Positions 55,813 to 64,000 of a DNA stretch of 64,000 nt are shown piece after piece; the first letter of the stretch is position 1; every line of letters begins with the position of its first letter. The notes beneath the pieces were generated by a model. That model made no database searches and had not been told where the DNA came from. It worked only from the letters and a program-made list of their open reading frames with translations. The translations under genes were made by a program, and so were the position numbers. Origin of the DNA: Sminthopsis crassicaudata (Eukaryota). Location: assembly GCF_048593235.1 (NCBI RefSeq), contig NC_133619.1, positions 501,669,644 through 501,733,643 of the forward strand, written 5' to 3'.

Positions 55813-56159
55813 TACAAAATCCATTCATCCAAAGGTGGCAGAGCAAAGGGGAGGGATGGCACGGGAAGAAAAGCAAAGTGTTCAAATCAGCACAGGCACA
55901 GGGCTGGCAAAGGCTAGAAAACAGCTGCAGAAAAATCTGCAGTCATCGAGATGCGCGACAGCATTAAAAATCCACATCTGGCGTCAAGAAGATTCTGGCC
56001 TACACTCACAAGACAGTAAAACTCCAGATCCCACAGAAAACAACGGGAATGTGCTGAAGGCCCTTGGCAGGGTGAGTCCTGCTTTCCCTGGGTGAGGGGA
56101 AACTGAGGAAGCCACCACTAGTGCCTCCCCCCAAAGCCATCCCTCCCCTTGGAGGCAGC

Positions 56160-56336
<177 letters not shown>

Positions 56337-56704
56337 TCAGACTTTGTATTTGAACCATGTTGGCTCTTGTTCTTGTCACATGCCCTTCCTATCTGAGTAC
56401 AAATCTTTAATCTGTTTTCATGTATATTCAGTGTGACACCCCCAGGGCAGGAGTTGCACTAGAGATTTTCTGAACAGCTTTATATTTTGAGAATATAAAG
56501 ATCTGTGTTCTGATTTATAGAGAGCCAGTAAGTAAGCAGGATTTTTACCCAGAAAAGTATCATTTGACTCCTCGACACAGGAAAAGTCAAAAGAAAAACC
56601 AAAAATTAAGCCCAATTGTTTAGGGTTGCTAAATCCTATCCTTACATTCAATACTTCTAGTATGATCTCTGACCCTTGTGACTAAATACTGACTAAATAC
56701 TTAC

Positions 56705-56811
<107 letters not shown>

Positions 56812-57042
56812 TCACAGAAAACCTAACTTCTAAGTGGGGTGATATGGGAAATCAAAAGGACCCCAAAGGATATCACTCTCACATCTTCCAATTCCTGTGA
56901 GAATCTATAAATTTACTATGGAACAGGTTAGCCAGATACTTTCTAGAAGTGGGACAAAGCTCAAATGATTCTACTGGATATGTACAGACCAAATCCCAGC
57001 TTTTATCCTTACAACCTACCCCAAATTCTTTAATTCAGATTA

Positions 57043-57171
<129 letters not shown>

Positions 57172-57533
57172 TTAAAATACCCCACTGAGTGAGCTCACAC
57201 TACCAGTGAACTCATACTACTATGGGCATTATGATTTTCATTATAATGTTATTTACTATAAGAAATTTCTACTGTAAAACCACCATTGGAGAGAATGTGA
57301 TTACAAAGATTAAATTCATTTAGGAGAGTGTCCTGAAAAACAATCTGGAAGAACAAGTCATTTTGATACTCCCAGACCAGGATTTCTTAAATATTTATCT
57401 ATTTTCCTTTTATTGGCTTTATCTTCTCAGATACCTTACAGATATTCCCTAAATTTCTGTTTACTATTCTCTTCCATTTACTCATTCTCTCTTGGCAACT
57501 TCATTTACTCTTAGGGCTTGAACTATTAAATTT

Positions 57534-57875
57534 CTATTAATTTTATAATTATAATTTTTTTGACAGTACATATGCATGGGTAATTTTTTTATATTATCCC
57601 TTGTACTCACTTCTTTTCCGAATTTTCCCCTCCCTCCCTCTATCCTCTCCCCTAGATGACAGGAAATCCCATACATGTTAAATGTGTTACAGTATATCCT
57701 AGATACAATATATGTGTGTAAAACCGAATTTCCTGTTGCACAGTAAGAATTGGATTCAGAAGGTATAAGTAACCTGGGTAGAAAGACAATAGTGCAAATA
57801 GTTTACACTCAAATTTCCAGTGTTCCTTCTCTGGGTGTAGCTGATTCTGTCCATCATTGATCAACTGGAACTGAA
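57534..57875 (-). mobile_element. Young 5'-truncated L1 (342 bp) with perfect 16-bp TSD
   Basis: ttgaactattaaattt at 57518-57533 and 57876-57891. Same orientation as EI24. Confidence 0.9.
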
Positions 57876-58991
57876 TTGAACTATTAAATTTATGTAAATT
57901 ATTTTCTTCATCCCTACTTTCTCTTTTAAGCTCCAGAACTTTGTTTCTAACTGCCTATAGGCATTTCTTAAAACTAAATGTCTACACCACTGGCACAAAC
58001 ATTTCCAAAAGTGAATTTATTATTTTTCTAAAATTAATTAGGATTAGAACAAGGAGATGAGATATATAGAGAGAAATGGTAACTGAATTCATGGGAATTG
58101 ATGAGATCAGCAAGTAAGACAGTACAGAGGGAACACAAGACCCAGGGTAGAGCTTTAGCAGGTCTACAGTAGACGTATATGTGACAAGGATGAAGAACCA
58201 GAAAAAGAATGAAAAGAATCAGAGATGTCAAGTCAAAAGCATTTATTAAATGTTTAGTATATGCTAGATACTGTCCTAAGCACTACAGATACAAAGAAAG
58301 GCAATGTGGACTAAGAAATAGGCCATTAGTCTTGGCAATTAAGGGATGATTAGAGTTGAACTGAACCTTGAAACAAATGGGCTAACATGCTAATTAGAAG
58401 ACCAAACCAGGACTAAAACAGGCAGCACAGAGATATTGAACAAGATTCTTGAGCTATGCTACAAGAAGCTACTAAAATATTACTGGCTTCCCATTGAAAG
58501 ATATGGGGAGCTACTGGTGCTGTGAGTCTGGTATAGACCACTAATACTAGATTTGAAAAAAGGCAAATTGGGGAATGGAGGACTTTTGGGGGGGCGGGGA
58601 GGTGAACTGTTCTAGTCAGTCAAATTTAAATACACAGGTGGACTGTTTAGAATTTGATGTCTGGTAGTAAGTTCTTTTGATGCATTTTAAATTCCCATCT
58701 GATATATATTGACTGCGTATTGAACGCAGAAATACCAAATATAACAAACTGCATTATGCCAGATATCACAGTGAAATCAATATGAATTGTTTTTTTTTAA
58801 ATCACCACTTTAAATTTTAAATCACTCATTTTAGAGAGTGCAGTTTCAGATAATGAGGACAAAAATGTAGGCCCCTACAATGAGTTTAGTTGAGAAAGAG
58901 GAAACAGGTAGCATAAACAAATGTAGGTCTGTTTGTAGGAAGCAGGGAAGGAGTTCATAGGTTAGAAAAAAACACAGAAATTAAACATCTT

Positions 58992-59097
58992 CTCTTTCCT
59001 CTGTTCATCATCAGAGCCAATGAAGCGAAGACTCCTGGGAAAGTGTACTAAGTATTTAGTTAGTATTTGGTCACTAGGGTCAGAGATCAAACTAGAA
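58992..59097 (+). repeat. EI24: Inverted duplicate of EI24 exon 10 3' part plus intron 10 start (source 56655-56760)
   Basis: Ungapped manual alignment to the reverse complement of 56655-56760 gives 99/106 identical. Confidence 0.95.
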
Positions 59098-59429
59098 TGA
59101 TGATAGCAGGGACAAGCTGCTAGAAATTTGGGAGAGAATATGATCCAGAATATACAGAGACATTGGCCTTTGAAAGAAAGGCAACTTATTCAGAGATTGG
59201 TGAGATGTAGAAGATAATAGATGATTCAGAGGACTATGTTATGAATAGGAGAACAGAACACTCAAATTGAATAGCTTTACTTATTTTTTAAATAGTTAAG
59301 TATGAGTCAAGGTCCTCAAATGAGAGGGCAAGATAGTATAGAAAGCTGCAGGGGAAGAGAGGTTTAGAAAAATCACAGTGGCAATTGACACAGAAAAGAT
59401 TTCCTTGATGCAGATAATAGTAAGTCACC

Positions 59430-59700
59430 AATATATAGCAGGTTACTAGTGCTATATATAAGGCACTGTTAGAAGCACTTTACAAAAGTATCTCTCTTGA
59501 TCCTTAAAATAACTCTGGGAGGTAGATGCTATTATAATCCCTATTATAACTTTACAGATGAAAAAAAAAAAGAGGCAAACAAAGATTAAGTGACTTGCCT
59601 AGGGTCAAATAGCTAATAAAGAGTCTGAGGCTGGATTTGAACACAGATCTTCCTGACTCCAGATCTAGAACTCAATCCACTTCAGTACTAGCTACCCCAA
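59430..59700 (-). mobile_element. MIR/WALLSI-like CORE-SINE
   Basis: Core ctttacagatgaaaaa...gaggcaaac...ttaagtgacttgcctagggtca. Confidence 0.65.
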
Positions 59701-60062
59701 GATTAGATAACAAATTTATAGAGACCTGGTCCTGATACTATTTCATGCTAATTAACTATACTCTTTTCCCCTTACTAAACTAAGCTGCATTAAGGGTAGT
59801 AACCATGCCTTCTCCAAATTTGCACATCTCCAGCTCCTAGCTCCTATGTTTTTCATACTTATATTAAGTTTTGTTGACATTCTTTGTGCAAAACACAGAA
59901 CCTCATATCTATTCCAAATTGTAGGAACACCTCTAATCTTTGGCAACATTCTTGAATGCTCTATCATCTATGGCTCAGTCCAAATTTTGAATTCTGGGGA
60001 AGGAGTCCATCTTTCTGGCAATGTTGAGGAGTAAAAACTGTTAACTTCTTTTTAAAAACCTA

Positions 60063-60281
<219 letters not shown>

Positions 60282-60368
60282 TTATTCATTCCCCCAACTA
60301 AATGCATTTATAAAGGGAGAGCCACTCTCACTTTATTACTAAATCAGACTTCTAGAAGAATATGATAT

Positions 60369-60424
60369 ACCCCATCCTACCTAGTGCTGGGCAGTACCCC
60401 ATCCTACCTAGAGTGTTGGGCAGC
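60369..60424 (+). repeat. Imperfect 27/29-bp tandem duplication in EI24 intron 7
   Basis: accccatcctacctagtgctgggcagt followed by accccatcctacctagagtgttgggcagc. Confidence 0.85.
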
Positions 60425-60474
60425 ACTGATGAAAGACCCCTTCCACTTTGCCCCCTTCCTGTTTTACGTCATTA

Positions 60475-60714
<240 letters not shown>

Positions 60715-61191
60715 TTAACTATATTTCAATATAATTGGTTTACTTTTTAATCTCAGATTTTACTTTGTCCATTTAAACATATTATTCTGACAAAAGATCA
60801 GGCTTCACTTGACAAAGGAATCTTTGACAATCAAAAACTATTAAAAAAACAAAACAAAACACAAAACTTTTGTTCTAAAGCCTCAAGTCCATTGCCTCTA
60901 CTAGAACTGCTATCTTAGACAGGAATTCCAAGAAAAGTCTCTCTCCCCATTCAGGAAGGTATTCAGCAACAGGTTGCTCTACTTACCTCCAAAATAGCCA
61001 GTGATTCCATTTAAAAGTAACATTAAGAATTCCCCCATGAGCACAGCTAGGTTTTTCTTGGTGGTGCTACCATGCAGAGACACATTCAAGGAAACAAACA
61101 GCTATCAATAGTTCTTGTTTCTAGACTTCTTTGAAGGATACCAAATTACCATGCTTCAGGGCCAAGAGCTATATTTCTGACCTGGACTTAC

Positions 61192-61316
61192 CTGAAACCA
61201 TATGGCATTCACCACTTTACTGAGCACAAAGAGGGGGAGCACCCACAGAGCACTAAAGATAGAGGTGAGGATAAACTCCAGCCAGGACCAGACATCCCCA
61301 TGAAGGGAGGGATCTC
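61192..61316 (-). CDS. EI24: EI24 exon 6
   Basis: 125 nt, [42 protein letters not shown]. Confidence 0.96.
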
Positions 61317-61576
61317 CTAAGAGGGGAAGGAAAAAAGTCACTATAAGCTGTAGAAAAAGACCCTAGAAAACCCACTAGACTCTCGTGTTTTTCATGCTTT
61401 TCTCTCATTCCTCTCCTATTTCTGGCTTAAGAACCACTAGAATCAGTTCATGCTAGCTGCCATATGGACCCATGCCACAATCTTTAATTTTTTTGATTTT
61501 CAATCAAAACCAGAAAGGATTTAGGATTGGCCAGCAAAACAGTGCTTACTTAGAAGTAGGATGTTGCCCCTTTGGC

Positions 61577-61631
61577 TGCTGGCTTTGTAATAAACAGTCT
61601 CACAACATCCTGGCTCTTGCCCCTCATTACT
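61577..61631 (+). repeat. 55-bp direct copy of the LTR R-region at 62234-62289
   Basis: Identical apart from a 1-nt indel (tgctggctttgt[t]aataaacagtctcacaacatcctggctcttgcccctcattact). Confidence 0.95.
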
Positions 61632-61733
61632 AGCATAACATCTGTAAAAGTCATGATCTCCCTCCTCACCTTAGTCCCAAGTGAGGAAAGATAAAATGTG
61701 TATAAAGATAAAGAGAACTATTTATGTACTTAC

Positions 61734-61800
61734 CAATAATTTGAGCTGTTACTGACTGAAGCACAGGAATAAATACTCGGTAAAACAAGAGGAGACTCAG
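61734..61800 (-). CDS. EI24: EI24 exon 5
   Basis: 67 nt, LSLLLFYRVFIPVLQSVTAQII(G). Confidence 0.96.
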
Positions 61801-61916
61801 CTAAAGAAGAAATTCAATAATATAAATATGAAACGTTTTCATTAAAAATACAAGTTCAAATGTTCTAATCAATAGTCCTCGGAAAAATAAAAAATGTTGA
61901 GAACTTCCTACTATAC

Positions 61917-62375
61917 TGTAAGAGGACTTGCCAACCTACCGCACCCTTTGACATCACACAAGGCACAGCTCAGGTAAACTACGGGAACCTTTTAGGGTGA
62001 ACGAGATGGCGTTGAGAAGAAGGGGTCCCACCCAAGAAACTATGTGGCAGTTCCCAGGAGAAGCATGCCAGACCTGGGATGCGAACAATACCTATATACC
62101 TTATCCAGAAAGGAATGCTCACTTGGTACTTACATGTAACTTCCTGTAGGGAATGATATATCTGCTACAGGCTAGAATGTGCTTATGTTAAGCTATAGGA
62201 ACTAGAGGCATATACTGAGAAGATAAAAGGGCTTGCTGGCTTTGTTAATAAACAGTCTCACAACATCCTGGCTCTTGCCCCTCATTACTCAAGATATTCA
62301 CTATTCAGGTGAGCGAGCATTGCTGGTCAGGTAAGACCAGCCTCACTGGGGAGTTGGGGTTGAAAACGCCCAATA
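61917..62375 (+). mobile_element. Solo ERV LTR (about 460 bp) in EI24 intron 4, antisense to EI24
   Basis: Starts TGTAAG. Flanks ctatac / ctatat (6-bp TSD, 1 mismatch). ATAAAA TATA-like box at 62223-62228, followed by AATAAA at 62247-62252. The 3' end reads TA rather than CA. Confidence 0.65.
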
Positions 62376-63079
62376 CTATATAAACCTTCTTTCTTTGTCT
62401 TATCAAGATTAGCCTCTACAATTAGCCATCTTTATTTGGGACTTTCTTAGTTCATTTCCATCTCCCAAGGCTCCAAATAAATAGGGATGATAAAAAGGAC
62501 AAGTTCACTACTTAACTATATTCAAAACTAATGAGAATTTTAAAATATAGAAACCTAGTGGCTCAGCTAATGGTCTGGCTGACAAGCATCTTGCTAGTAC
62601 TATGAGAAAGCCAGACCCACAAATTTAAATGCATTCTGGGGACTAAACCCTGAAACCAGGATCTAGTGGGAACAGAAGAATATTTGGTTCCTTAAAGCGA
62701 GCAGACTCTCGTCTATTATACACTGATTCCTACTTCAATACGAAAGGAGCCTAAAGCGAAAATTCAAACACTAACCACTCTTAAGAAGTCCAAATTAAAT
62801 TAAATAGTCCTGTGTTCATCAATTTTCAGTTGACTATGAGGCACTTGATCCGATTATTTTTGATTTGGATTTTGATTGTCAGAAGCACTGAGACCCTTTC
62901 CCCTCAACCCAACAGATAAACCTACTCAACAGCATGCATAGCCCTTATGAAAAATATCAATACTCAAGATTTAAAGAGTATTTCTACTCCCTAAAGATAT
63001 CAGAGGACCAAAGAAGTACATTTTGGAATACTTTGGTTTGGATTCTGGTCAAGGGCAAGAGTGGCAAAAATTTACTCAC

Positions 63080-63140
63080 CCAGAATACTCCTCCATTCCA
63101 AGCACAGCACTGGAAAATTCTGCTCACTATCCTTGGCTCA
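63080..63140 (-). CDS. EI24: EI24 exon 4 (upstream exons lie beyond the window)
   Basis: 61 nt, (S)[20 protein letters not shown], donor GTGAGT, acceptor preceded by a 32-nt U run. Confidence 0.95.
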
Positions 63141-63176
<36 letters not shown>

Positions 63177-63784
63177 TCCCACACATGTCTGTGAAGCAAG
63201 TAGGCTGCTCCTGCCTATCTGCTTTTCTCTTATATTCTATCATATTGATTTTTAATTTTTTTTTAATTGAATAGTTCACAACCAGCAAAGATAACAGAAG
63301 ATGTGGACAGATAAGTATACTGGTACATTTTTAGTGGAGCTGTGAGAATTGGCCCAACTATTTGAAAAGTAATTTGGACATTATACAAATAAAGTAACTA
63401 AAATGTCCAGACTTTTTTAGTGACTAGAGATTCTACTATTCAGCATATACCAGCAAGAAGACCATTGATAGGAATCAAGTTTCTATATATACCAAAGATC
63501 ACTAACAGCATTTTTTCAATAATTAAGTATTTGTTTGGAGAGTGACTAAGTAGTGCTTTCTAAATTTATTGGAATATTAGTGTATATTTTTTTTCTTTCC
63601 TATCTCAAAGGAACAAATATCTCAACTTACTAATAAGGCTCAATCTTCTAATCCCACACCTTCTGGGACCTTGTTCCAGCAATCACCCTCTTTCCTCCAT
63701 CTTCACGGCTCCTTCCCATCTATCTATACACTCATGAAAGATTGTTCATTCTATGAACCACTACATAGAATTCCCAATCCCTCT

Positions 63785-64000
63785 ATTTTTGTCCGCCTGC
63801 ATTTTTTATTTCCTTCGCAGGCTAATTGTACACTATTTCCAAGTCCAATAATCTTTATACAGCAAAATAACTGTATGGACATGTATACATATATTGTATT
63901 TAACTTATACTTTAACATATGTAACATGTATTGGCCAACATGCCATCTAGGGGAGGGAGTGGGGGGAAGGGAAAAGTTGGAACAAAAGGTTTTGCAACAG
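63785..64000 (+). mobile_element. L1 3'UTR running off the window end
   Basis: catgccatctaggggagggagtggggggaagggaaaagttggaacaaaaggttttgcaa. Confidence 0.8.

Larger units (their letters stand above)
54525..56159 (-). other. EI24: EI24 3'UTR (end approximate; contains assembly gap)
   Basis: Follows the TGA at 56160. Overlapping ATTAAA/AATAAA at 54556-54547. Confidence 0.65.

Noticed and set aside
55925-55942. Small hairpin CTGCAGA-AAAA-TCTGCAG in the EI24 3'UTR
   Set aside because: A 7-bp stem is expected by chance and matches no known element (not IRE, SECIS or histone stem-loop).
56865-56873. U12-type donor consensus ATATCCTTT in EI24 intron 9
   Set aside because: All EI24 and STT3A exons join correctly with GT-AG sites, and a similar motif occurs intergenically near 12990, consistent with chance.

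Overview
Mammalian genomic DNA, almost certainly marsupial and probably dasyurid (WSINE1/MAR1-type CORE-SINEs, marsupial L1 3' ends, OC1-like hAT MITEs). It is syntenic with the human EI24-STT3A-CHEK1 block, with all three genes on the minus strand. From right to left: EI24 coding exons 4-11 plus 3'UTR (the 5' part of the gene lies beyond the window, and there is a 129-N gap in the UTR); the complete STT3A gene (non-coding exon 1 plus 17 coding exons reconstructed by hand, 2118 nt = 705 aa + stop, all GT-AG); about 19 kb of TE-rich spacer (CR1/L3, RTE, L1, ERV1 remnant, solo LTR); and the CpG-island promoter with a putative first non-coding exon of CHEK1. The most unusual signal is a 106-bp, 93%-identical INVERTED copy of the 3' part of EI24 exon 10 plus its splice donor, sitting in EI24 intron 8. 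It could fold back on exon 10 in the pre-mRNA. Other leads are two further short locally copied segments, two solo LTRs placed as potential promoters, an OC1 MITE junction that creates a consensus splice donor in the STT3A 5'UTR intron, and a two-uORF STT3A leader. Exon numbering follows my recollection of the human orthologues. TE family names come from recognition, not database searches, and TE boundaries are approximate unless a TSD is given.
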